From: a virus
Lineage: Duplodnaviria > Caudoviricetes
Length of the DNA: 60,450 bases
IMG/VR virus record: IMGVR_UViG_3300032254_000005
Location: 1 to 60,450 of that record
Strand: one strand, 5' to 3'
The notes below the pieces were generated by a model. That model worked only from the letters and a program-made list of their open reading frames with translations. It was not told the DNA's origin and did no database searches. The stretch's first letter is position 1. Each line of letters opens with the position of its first letter. This document shows positions 40,322-49,323 of the stretch, piece by piece. The position numbers and the translations under genes were made by a program.

Positions 40322-40879
40322 ATGGCAACAGTTTTCATGGCAATCGGGACGGCTGTATCCAGCGCCGCCGCTTCCGTCGGGACGCTTTTCGCGGGGGCCG
40401 GTGGGGCAGGAGCTGCGGCTGGTGCAAGCGCCGCAGCCGCAGGCTCTGGTGTCGTCACGCTATCACAGGTATTGAGCGCGGGCTCCGCTTTGGCGGCAAT
40501 CGGGCAGGGCGTGGCCGCAAGCCGGGCGGCAAAGGACCAGGCGGCGTTCGCAAGAACGCAGGGGCTCCAAGAGCAAGCCCAAGGCGCGGCTCAGGCGCGT
40601 GACCTTGCGCGGGAATACGCCGAGTTGACCGGCGAACAAAAGGTGATCCAGCTCGCCAATGGACTTGATATCGGGATTGGCACGCCGGTGAACGTGGCCG
40701 AAAGCACCAAGCGCCTGGCCGAGCGAAACCTGGATGTGACCAGGAGCAACGCTGACAACCGCGCCGCAATGTCCCGCCTTCGCGCGCGGGGCCTCATGTC
40801 CGAGGCGCGATCCTCGATGCTGGCGGGCTTTGGCCGCGCGGCTCAGATCGGCGTCGATGCGTATCAACTGACGGGGTAA
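40322..40879 (+). CDS. Internal virion protein (small)
   Basis: AGGAGG RBS; A/G-rich N-terminus; synteny. Confidence 0.7.
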   Translation: MATVFMAIGTAVSSAAASVGTLFAGAGGAGAAAGASAAAAGSGVVTLSQVLSAGSALAAIGQGVAASRAAKDQAAFARTQGLQEQAQGAAQARDLAREYAELTGEQKVIQLANGLDIGIGTPVNVAESTKRLAERNLDVTRSNADNRAAMSRLRARGLMSEARSSMLAGFGRAAQIGVDAYQLTG

Positions 40880-40882
40880 ACC

Positions 40883-43486
40883 ATGCCTTCAATTCGCCGC
40901 TACGGCCCCGCCCTCGTTACTCCCCAGGTCTCACCTCGGCCGGAGCTCGGACGCGGGCGTGAGAAAATGTTCGCCGCTTTTCAAGAGACATTCACTGCGG
41001 CGCAAAGTTTCATCCGGCCTGCCGTCGTACAGGTCCAGACTGCGCGAGGTGAGCAAGAGGCGGTTGAGACGCTTCAAAATGCTGGCCCTTTTCGGCAGGG
41101 GCGCACCAGCGCGCCCGGCGATGCCTCGGCAGCAGAACGAGACGAGGAGGAGCTTGCCAGGATCAATGGCAGCAGCTTCGAGCCGCGCTTGCCCTACACA
41201 GTCAGATCGGCAGCTTTCAACGCCTCTGCGGACAGGATTATTTCGGCGCGCGCGACTGAGGCTTTGGAGGCAGGGTTTCAACAGGCTGTCAGGGATGCAA
41301 ATGGAAACCTAGGCGCGCTTCGACAGAACGTCGATGCGATGCAGGCAGACCTGATAGGCCAAATCCCCGAGAACATGCCCGGAATTGCCACGCAACTGCA
41401 AATTGGCGTGGAGCGAGGGCGTGGCGTGGCGGAAAGAGCCGTCATTCGCGCGGCTCAGGCGGCAGCTATCGCGCGCGACCGAGAGGCCGCGAGAACCACC
41501 GCCGAAGCAGCAAGATCAGAAGCCGAAAGGCTGGCTATCACCGGCGCGACGGCCGACGAGCTGGCCGAATACATGACCCAAACGGCAGAGGCATTGGTGC
41601 GGTTCGGGCCTCGGGATGCGTTTTCAATCAATGGACAGGAATATCCTGCTGACCCGTCGCGCGCGGGCCTGGTTTCGGCTGAAAACATAGAGGCCAACAT
41701 TCAGGAGATCGCAGACGACGCTCGGCTGATTATGTTTGAAGCCGACTTCATAAATTCGGAAGCACCTGGGCAGTATATGGAGGAGTTCCGGCAACAGGTA
41801 TTTTCCGGCAATTCGCCTTTTTCTCCATCCGATAGTCTGGGGCTTTTGCGCACGTTCGAGGCGCGCGCGCGCGCGGCAGAGACACGGATCGAAACTGCGG
41901 CGGCGGCGGCACGGTCTGGCTTATTGCAAGAAAGCTCGGACACGATCAACAGTTATGTGTCCATGACCGAGGCGGGCGTGCCGGTCGCTATTCCTATGGA
42001 CGAGCGCCTGGGCATCCTGTCCGATCTGGCGCAATACCCAGAAGATCGGCAGGCTGCTCTAACCGCATTTTCTGTTGCAGATGCAATGGTAGAAACGAGC
42101 GGCATGAGCGGGCCTGAATTGATCGAGTATGTTGGCAGCGTTCGCTCCGGCATGGCGTCAGCAGCGGCTGATGGCATCCTCGACCTGGAGGGGGCGGCAA
42201 TTATCGAGCAACTGTCGGGCCGCGTCACGCAAGTGCAGGATGCAATCACGGCTGAATTGGTCGGGCTCCCCCTGGTTGAGCAACTCACATCTCGCGGTGG
42301 CCTTGCAGAAGATGTGGACTATGATGCGTTGCGCGAACGGGCATCCGGGAACCAAGACGTTCTCGACCAGATTACGGAGATGGAGGCTTTCCACCGCGAC
42401 GCGCAAGAAATGTCCAATATGAGCGCCACAGAGCGCGAGGCGTTGCTGGAACGCGGTCGCCAGCTTCTGCGAGGGCAAGCTGCCGTAGGCGAAACTTACG
42501 GCGCTGGCCAGGTTATGACCGGCCGCATTATGGACCGGCTGGAGGAGTGGTCGAATAGACAGCAGGAAATGGCGGCAAGCGACCCGGTAGCCTTTGCATC
42601 GTCACGAGGCATTTCTTTGCCGGGGTTCGACGCTGCCGAAACTATGGCCGACGTTGCTGGGGTGATTGCGGAACGGATTAGCTTGGTGGCCCCGGCGGCT
42701 CTGCGCGAAGGCGCTGCAAACGTAGTGCCGCTCACCCAAGCCGAGCTGGATCAGATTTCCGAGGTGTTTCAGAACAGCTCGCGCGGGCAGCGGATGGCGT
42801 TCGTCGGCGCAGTGGCCGAAATGGGCGAGGATCAGGCGATGGCGGTGTTCTCGCGGATCGGTCAGGCCGAGCCGGTGATCTACGCCGCCGGAGCGGTCTA
42901 TTCAATGGGAAACCAACAGGCGGCGAGCGTGATCTTGCGCGGTGCCGTGGATACGCGCCTGGACGGCGGCAGCTCCACCGACCTGGCAATGGCGCGCGAG
43001 GTGGCCTTGGGGCCGCTCCTGGAGGCCGACATGATCGCGCCCGAGGGCATCCGCGACCTGGACACCACGGCGCTGGCCTACGCGCGCGGCCTTGCAATGG
43101 CCGAGGGTGGCCGGGCAATCGAGACGGTCGACCTAGAGACGGGCTATCGCATGGCGCTGGGCGAGCAAGCCGACGGCACCGGCGGTATGGCGGAAACCAG
43201 GTATGGAACCACGCTCCTGCCTCCTGCCTGGGATCGTCGCCGCATCAACCGGGCAATCGGCAGACTGACCGTCGAGACGCTGACGCAGCTTGCGCGCGGT
43301 CTAGTGCTGGATCGCTCCGGGCGTCCGTTTTCGGCCCGCTCTTTGGAGCGATCCATCGAAGGACTGCGGCCGTCGCCGGATGATCCCTATGTCCTGGTGC
43401 CAACCGACGCCGAGGGCAATGTGTTCCTTACCGACGACGGAGACCAGCGCGGCGTCCTGATCTTCGATCTGCGGGAGTTAGACTGA
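40883..43486 (+). CDS. Internal virion protein
   Basis: 867 aa helical protein; DP..FA motif; synteny. Confidence 0.7.
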   Translation: MPSIRRYGPALVTPQVSPRPELGRGREKMFAAFQETFTAAQSFIRPAVVQVQTARGEQEAVETLQNAGPFRQGRTSAPGDASAAERDEEELARINGSSFEPRLPYTVRSAAFNASADRIISARATEALEAGFQQAVRDANGNLGALRQNVDAMQADLIGQIPENMPGIATQLQIGVERGRGVAERAVIRAAQAAAIARDREAARTTAEAARSEAERLAITGATADELAEYMTQTAEALVRFGPRDAFSINGQEYPADPSRAGLVSAENIEANIQEIADDARLIMFEADFINSEAPGQYMEEFRQQVFSGNSPFSPSDSLGLLRTFEARARAAETRIETAAAAARSGLLQESSDTINSYVSMTEAGVPVAIPMDERLGILSDLAQYPEDRQAALTAFSVADAMVETSGMSGPELIEYVGSVRSGMASAAADGILDLEGAAIIEQLSGRVTQVQDAITAELVGLPLVEQLTSRGGLAEDVDYDALRERASGNQDVLDQITEMEAFHRDAQEMSNMSATEREALLERGRQLLRGQAAVGETYGAGQVMTGRIMDRLEEWSNRQQEMAASDPVAFASSRGISLPGFDAAETMADVAGVIAERISLVAPAALREGAANVVPLTQAELDQISEVFQNSSRGQRMAFVGAVAEMGEDQAMAVFSRIGQAEPVIYAAGAVYSMGNQQAASVILRGAVDTRLDGGSSTDLAMAREVALGPLLEADMIAPEGIRDLDTTALAYARGLAMAEGGRAIETVDLETGYRMALGEQADGTGGMAETRYGTTLLPPAWDRRRINRAIGRLTVETLTQLARGLVLDRSGRPFSARSLERSIEGLRPSPDDPYVLVPTDAEGNVFLTDDGDQRGVLIFDLRELD

Positions 43487-46400
43487 TGGCAAGACTGGTT
43501 CAGCTCCAGCCGATTGATCCGCGCGCTACGGCAGGTGAGCGCGCTACCTTTGGCGATGCGGTGTCGAGCGGCTTTACCAGCTCCTTCACGATGGGCTCCA
43601 TTGCCGAGAACCGGCGAAACGCCGAGGTCTATGGCGGCTGGCGTCAAGTGTTTGATCGCACAGTGCAAGGCTATATTGAGCTACCGCCCGATCTCGGCCG
43701 TGCTGTAGCCGAGCAAGGCTTCGCCCCTGACGAGGAGACACTCGGACAGCTCATGGAATGGGCGCAAGAGGCATCGACGCAATACGACTTCGAGATCACG
43801 CCGGACATGGACCCTGCGGCCGTCATGCAGCGGCGCGAGGAGATTTACGCGCGGGATGCGGAGATCGTGGAGCGCGAGCAAGAGGTCTTGAGCCGGGCCA
43901 GCCCGTTTTCGCGCAATGTCGGTGGGCTGATCGGCGGCGTCGGTGCTGAGTTCCTGGACCCGATCAACATCGCCACGCTTCCGGCCGGCGCGACCGCCCG
44001 CGTCGGGCTTCTCGGCACGGTGCTGATCGAGGCAGGGATCAACGCTGCAATCGAGGCGGTAGATACGCCGAACCGCAACGCCATTGCCGAGAGGCTGGGT
44101 CAGGAGGGTAATTCCGTCCTGGAGAACGCCGCTCTCGGCGCGCTGTTCGGCGGTGCTTTCGCCGGTGTCATCAAGGGCGCTGGACTAGGCGTGCGACAAC
44201 TCGGCAGGATCGGCCGCCTCATTCCAGACAGACGCGCGCTGATCGACGTGGCCGAGGCGACGGGCGATCCAGAGGCACAGCTCATTGCACAGCAGCTCAG
44301 GCGCGATCTGGAGGACGAGGAGGCGGCAACAAGCGGCAATGATGGGTCAGAGGCGCGGGAACACCTTGACCGCGCCCAGGAGGCCGCACAGACGGCGCAC
44401 GAGGGTGGCGTGCCAGACATGCCAGATCGACCGACCTTTGCCCAGCCGCGTGGTTCCATCATCAATGGCGAGATTGAGGAGGTAAACCCGCGCGATCTCT
44501 TGGTGCATCCGGACGTGTTTCAGTTCCGCTCGAACGTCGTGGCCGAGGGCGGGCAAACCCAGCGACTTCTAGATGTGACAGAATGGTATCCAGAACGTGC
44601 CGGGATTGTGGTCGTTTACGAATACACGGACGGATCGCGGGCTATCGCGGACGGGCACCAGCGCACCGGCCTTGCGACCCGCATCATGGATCAAACGGGG
44701 CAAGAGATCACAATGGCCGCACGGGTGTTCCGCGAGGCCGATGGATTTTCGCCGGAGGATATCCGCGTGCTGGCGGCGCTCAAGAACATCGCTGAGGCCA
44801 GCGACGGCATGTCAACGGCGATGGCACGAGACGCGGCTCGTGTGCTGCGCGTGCGGCCGGATGCGATCACGCAACTGCCAGCCGGCCCAGGTATCGCGCG
44901 AGCGCAATCACTGGCACGGCTGTCTGACGAGGCGTTCGATATGTTCATCAATCAGGTGGTGCCAGAGCGTTTCGCGGAGCTTGTGGGCAGGATGGTGGAT
45001 AACCCTGACATGCACGCGGCGATGGTTCAGCTTCTCAAGCGCGCCGGGCCCGACACCACGGCCCAAGCTGAAAGCATTTTGTCACAAGCCCTACAAGCGC
45101 CCGTGTCGCGCGAGGTCACAGCCGATCTGTTCGGTGAACAAGAGATTGTGGAAAGTCTATATCTGGAGCGCGCAAAGGTGCTGGAGCGCGCTATGCGGAT
45201 CATGCGCGATGATCGCAGCGTGTTCCGCACCTTGGACGAGCGCGCGGATCGCATCCAGGGAACCGGCGGGAACCGCCTGGACACGGCCACGAACAAGCAG
45301 ACCAGGCAGCAAGTGGAACAAGCCCTGGCAGCGGTGCAGAAGCTGGCGCACCGGGCCGGGCCGATATCGGAGGCGTTGAACGATGGCGCGAAAGTCTACA
45401 AGGAAAACGGTCGTCTCAAAGACGCGGCACAGCGGGTTGCAGATGCTGTCCGACAAGAGGTTGAGCGAAATGGCCTCTCTGGGGCAAGAGCTGGCGATGT
45501 TGGACGTGATGCAGAACCTGCGCGTGCGAGCGCAGCGGCACCTGATCCCGCCCTCGAAGGCTTCTCGGACCCGGTAAACGGGGCAGGCATCCGCGCACAG
45601 ATCGCAAACACCAGGATTGAACCAGCGGCCGAGCCTAAGATCGAGCGCCTGCCCGACCTGGACCCTGCCGAGGCGGCGCAGCTCGAAGCCGGATTGAAAG
45701 CCGCCCAGGCGATCCGCGACGTGGACGATCTCATGGAGCGCGGCGCGCGCAACCATGTGGAGCTGACGCGCGAGATCGAGGTAGCGGCGCGGGATGCTGG
45801 CGTGACGGCCAGGGCGATACCGCTCAAGGGGCGAGAGCGCACCGAGCAAAAGGTGCGGGACAAGTATGCGGGCGACGTGAACCGCGTCACCGACGTGGCG
45901 CGCGGTGGTGTCGATGCACCGACGCCGGAAGCGGCCGAGGAGTTCGTGGCGATCCTGGCGCGCCGGTATCGGGTTCTCGATGAAGGCTGGAACGTGGTCG
46001 AGGGCGGATACTTCGACCGCAAGCTGACGGTGGTTTTCGATGATGGGCAGCTCGGGGAAGTTCAGCTCTGGGTGCCCGGCATGTTCGAGGTCAAGGAAGC
46101 TCGGGGGCACAAGCTCTATGAAGTCTACCGCGACCTGTCACGGTCGGAGAATGAACGGATGCAGGCGCTGGCCGACATGGAAGCGCTCTATGCGGGCGTG
46201 ATGGACAAGCTGCCGCCGCAATGGCGCTCTATCTTGGGTCAGGAAACGCCGGGCATGGAAGCGCCCAGCCGAGCCACGACGGAGACGAACACCTCCTCGG
46301 ACACCTCGGGCGAGCCTTCATCGGCAAGAACCTCGGACGGCGATACGTCGGACCAAGTGCCGTCGGAGCCAAGCAGCAACATCGAGCCTGGCTCCGGCTC

Positions 46401-46803
46401 CAGCGCTGGGATGGAGCGGTCTACTAGAAAAAATCTCATGGGGGATACCTCCTCTTCCGATGTAAGTAACAATGGTCGGGCTGTCAACACGGAGCGCACC
46501 AGCGCTGGCGAGCAAAGCCTGTTCGACGAGATCGAGCCTATCACGGAACGCACCAGGCTTGACCAGCGGGCATCGCAGCCGCTCGGCCGGGGTGGTGGCG
46601 CGGCTGATGATACAGAGATCGGCGGGCTGTTCGACCCAAACGATCCCGGCCGGCTCGACCTGTTCGACGCGGTGCCGGTGGACCGTAGGTTCGACGATGA
46701 AGGCAACGAGATTGCCGTGGTGAAATCTCGCGCCGATCTTGCGGCCGAGCTGGATGCTGACGACGAGGCGGTGGCCGTCCTCGACCTCTGCGTGAAAGGG
46801 TAA
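43486..46803 (+). CDS. Polyvalent internal virion protein with ParB-like and RelA/SpoT synthetase-like domains
   Basis: DP.N virion N-terminus; IADGHQR near 44644; LK..ER..QK, TDVARG, GYFD.K, GEVQ, GHKLYE at 45820-46125. Confidence 0.8.
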   Translation: MARLVQLQPIDPRATAGERATFGDAVSSGFTSSFTMGSIAENRRNAEVYGGWRQVFDRTVQGYIELPPDLGRAVAEQGFAPDEETLGQLMEWAQEASTQYDFEITPDMDPAAVMQRREEIYARDAEIVEREQEVLSRASPFSRNVGGLIGGVGAEFLDPINIATLPAGATARVGLLGTVLIEAGINAAIEAVDTPNRNAIAERLGQEGNSVLENAALGALFGGAFAGVIKGAGLGVRQLGRIGRLIPDRRALIDVAEATGDPEAQLIAQQLRRDLEDEEAATSGNDGSEAREHLDRAQEAAQTAHEGGVPDMPDRPTFAQPRGSIINGEIEEVNPRDLLVHPDVFQFRSNVVAEGGQTQRLLDVTEWYPERAGIVVVYEYTDGSRAIADGHQRTGLATRIMDQTGQEITMAARVFREADGFSPEDIRVLAALKNIAEASDGMSTAMARDAARVLRVRPDAITQLPAGPGIARAQSLARLSDEAFDMFINQVVPERFAELVGRMVDNPDMHAAMVQLLKRAGPDTTAQAESILSQALQAPVSREVTADLFGEQEIVESLYLERAKVLERAMRIMRDDRSVFRTLDERADRIQGTGGNRLDTATNKQTRQQVEQALAAVQKLAHRAGPISEALNDGAKVYKENGRLKDAAQRVADAVRQEVERNGLSGARAGDVGRDAEPARASAAAPDPALEGFSDPVNGAGIRAQIANTRIEPAAEPKIERLPDLDPAEAAQLEAGLKAAQAIRDVDDLMERGARNHVELTREIEVAARDAGVTARAIPLKGRERTEQKVRDKYAGDVNRVTDVARGGVDAPTPEAAEEFVAILARRYRVLDEGWNVVEGGYFDRKLTVVFDDGQLGEVQLWVPGMFEVKEARGHKLYEVYRDLSRSENERMQALADMEALYAGVMDKLPPQWRSILGQETPGMEAPSRATTETNTSSDTSGEPSSARTSDGDTSDQVPSEPSSNIEPGSGSSAGMERSTRKNLMGDTSSSDVSNNGRAVNTERTSAGEQSLFDEIEPITERTRLDQRASQPLGRGGGAADDTEIGGLFDPNDPGRLDLFDAVPVDRRFDDEGNEIAVVKSRADLAAELDADDEAVAVLDLCVKG
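46239..46439 (-). CDS. Nested antisense 66-aa acidic protein, candidate immunity protein
   Basis: AGGAGGT 7 nt before ATG; promoter-like sequence upstream; stop lies at the end of the RelA/SpoT domain. Confidence 0.7.
   Translation of the reverse strand: MRFFLVDRSIPALEPEPGSMLLLGSDGTWSDVSPSEVLADEGSPEVSEEVFVSVVARLGASMPGVS
46447..46487 (-). promoter_or_regulatory. Internal antisense promoter and RBS
   Basis: TTGACA (46487-46482)-N17-TACATC, then AGGAGGT (46453-46447). Confidence 0.65.
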
Positions 46804-46806
46804 GAC

Positions 46807-49320
46807 ATGAGCCTTAGAGATTGCCTCAATCGGGCGGTAGCCGGTGGCGATATGGACCGCGAGCGCGCGCAGCGTATCCTTCGGGAATACGACAACGCCT
46901 TCCGCGAGTTCCAGCGCAGCATGGGCTACACCCAGGCCGATATCGAGGCCGCGCGCGCCGTCGCCAGGAAAGCTCGGGCCGAGGCTGCGGACAAGCGCCG
47001 AGTGATGCAGCTCCAGGCGGCGGCAAGCCAGCGGCTTGCAGCACGCCAGCAAAGGCACAGGAACATTCGCGGCGACCTATCGCCAGGTGTGTTTCTGTCA
47101 GACGTAGTTCACAACTCACGGGGCGCTGGGGGCGAAACATTGGTCGGTACTTATGAAGCAATCAGGCGAAGTTATCGCCGCCGCCTTACAATGATGATGC
47201 AATCCTTCAAGGCAAACCTTTGGGGTTCCCGTCGCCGCAAGGATGTTATGCACAGCATGGGGCGGGCGATGTATGGTGAAAGCGTTTCAGACCCAAGGGC
47301 AGCGGAGATGGCAAAAGCGCTTGCTGACGTGGCAGATAGCGCGCGCCTGCGGTTTAATGCGGCTGGTGGAAGGATCGGCAAACGCGAGACGTGGGGCCTT
47401 CCGCAACGGAATGACACCGAGAGGGTGAGGAAAGCGACCTATGAAGATTGGCGGGCTGTTCGGCTTTATCGGAACGGCCGAGACGCAAGAGATGGATACG
47501 CGCTTGATTTGGAGGCGATGGGGCAGGACTTCAACAATGGCCGCGCCTTCACCGAAGATACATTAGAGGTGCATCTTCACGATGCCTATTTGGCAATTCG
47601 ATCAGATGGATATTCCCGCCGTGAGGCGTCCGCATCTCCCGGAGGGAGGGCAATTTACAACCGGCGCACAGAACGCCGGTTCTTCCAGCCAAAAACCTAT
47701 GACGACTGGCGGGCGTATAATGATCGGTTTGGAACGGGTCAGGACGTGTTCCGCACTATGCTTGCCCACCTTGACGACATGGCAATGGACACGGCTTTGA
47801 TGGAGGTGTTTGGGCCGAATTACTTGGCCCAATTCCGACTTCTAGGAGATAGCGCGCGGATGCTGGCCGCGCGCAGCCAAGACCCTAGTGCGCTCACAAA
47901 GGCGAAGGCAGACGTTAATTCGGCCAATGTTGTTTTGGATACCGCGCTCGGGCACCACAATGCAGCCGTTGGAACGTGGCAATCGAAAATGGCGCGGGGC
48001 GCAGCAGCTTTGCGAAACTACCTGACGAGCGCGCACCTTGGCGCTGCTATTTGGTCATCTGTAACAGACTTCAATTATCAGCGGGTGCAGGCGTCATTGG
48101 GCGGCTTCTCGCAGACGCAATCGGCCAAGTACCTCGCCAGATTGGTGCGAGATAAAGGGCTGCGCGAGGTCGCGCATGAGGCTGGTCTTATCTTCGAAAA
48201 TGCGGTGGACGTGGGCAATGCTGTTGCGCGCTATGAGATGGACGATCTCCATGTTGAGGTCGCGGCACGCATGGCGGACGCTACTCTGCGTGCATCTGGC
48301 CTGGCCCCCATCACAGAAATGCAAAAGCAGGCACATGGCCTTGTAATTATGAATGGCGTTGCAAAAGATCAGCGTGTTCCCTGGTCCGATCTCAGCGAGG
48401 TGTCGCGGCGCTTTTGGCGCGGCTACGGTATTACCGAGCAACGCTGGCCTTCGATACTTCGAGCCGAGCCGTTTACTGACGAGAAGGGTTTGACGATTGT
48501 TCGCCCGCAAGACATCGAGATCGCGGGCGACCAAGAGACGGCAGATTTATATATGGCCGCAATCGTCAATTCTACAATTCACGCAGTTCCACAGCAGGAC
48601 GTTAGGTCGCGCTCGATTGTTGAGGGGGCACTTCCGTCAGATACGATTTATGGCCAAACAATCAGGTTCATGCTTCAATTCAAAAGCTTTCCGATTAAGG
48701 TAATGATCGACATTGTTTCTCAGGTGGCGCGCGAGGCGAACGCTGGCCGTCCAGGAAGCGCTTTTTCGTTTGCAGCCAACCTTCTGATCGTCAATTCAAT
48801 TCTCGGCGGCATCGCTGTCCAGCTCAAGACAATGGATGATGGACGCGATCCGATTGACATGACCACTCCTAAATTCTGGGCGGCCGCGATTGCCCAGGGC
48901 GGCGGCGCTGGCATCTTCGGAGACTTCTTTTTTTCCGACGTAAACCGCTTTGGCGGGGGCGTGGCTGAAACGCTGGCCGGTCCTGGCGTTGGCTTTCTGG
49001 ACGACACGCTGCGCTTCTCGGTAGGCAACGCGCGCGAGCTGGTGCTGGGCGAGGACACGCGGGCCGGGCGCGAGTTCGTGCAGCTCCTGCGGAATTATAC
49101 GCCAGGCGGCTCGCTTTGGTATCTGCGGCTGGCCTACGAGCGCGAGGTTCTGGATCAGCTCCAGCAGGTTCTCGACCCAGATGCAGCGCAGTCGTTCCGT
49201 CGCCGCGTTCAGGGCGCGCGTGAGTATGACACTCAGTTCTTCGCACCGCCTGGTTCATCTGTTATACAGGGGCGAGGCTCGCTGCGGTCGCCAGATATTG
49301 CAAACGCTTTCGGAGGGTAA
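46807..49320 (+). CDS. Large internal virion protein (BPP-1/epsilon15 type)
   Basis: RFN.AGG.IG..E.WGLPQ, QFKSFP, GG.GI.GDF, PG..LWY.R. Confidence 0.8.
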   Translation: MSLRDCLNRAVAGGDMDRERAQRILREYDNAFREFQRSMGYTQADIEAARAVARKARAEAADKRRVMQLQAAASQRLAARQQRHRNIRGDLSPGVFLSDVVHNSRGAGGETLVGTYEAIRRSYRRRLTMMMQSFKANLWGSRRRKDVMHSMGRAMYGESVSDPRAAEMAKALADVADSARLRFNAAGGRIGKRETWGLPQRNDTERVRKATYEDWRAVRLYRNGRDARDGYALDLEAMGQDFNNGRAFTEDTLEVHLHDAYLAIRSDGYSRREASASPGGRAIYNRRTERRFFQPKTYDDWRAYNDRFGTGQDVFRTMLAHLDDMAMDTALMEVFGPNYLAQFRLLGDSARMLAARSQDPSALTKAKADVNSANVVLDTALGHHNAAVGTWQSKMARGAAALRNYLTSAHLGAAIWSSVTDFNYQRVQASLGGFSQTQSAKYLARLVRDKGLREVAHEAGLIFENAVDVGNAVARYEMDDLHVEVAARMADATLRASGLAPITEMQKQAHGLVIMNGVAKDQRVPWSDLSEVSRRFWRGYGITEQRWPSILRAEPFTDEKGLTIVRPQDIEIAGDQETADLYMAAIVNSTIHAVPQQDVRSRSIVEGALPSDTIYGQTIRFMLQFKSFPIKVMIDIVSQVAREANAGRPGSAFSFAANLLIVNSILGGIAVQLKTMDDGRDPIDMTTPKFWAAAIAQGGGAGIFGDFFFSDVNRFGGGVAETLAGPGVGFLDDTLRFSVGNARELVLGEDTRAGREFVQLLRNYTPGGSLWYLRLAYEREVLDQLQQVLDPDAAQSFRRRVQGAREYDTQFFAPPGSSVIQGRGSLRSPDIANAFGG

Positions 49321-49323
49321 AAG

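Noticed and set aside
46440-46922. N-terminal 161 codons of the 227-aa minus-strand ORF
   Set aside because: Shadow-like composition; the promoter and RBS point to the ATG at 46439
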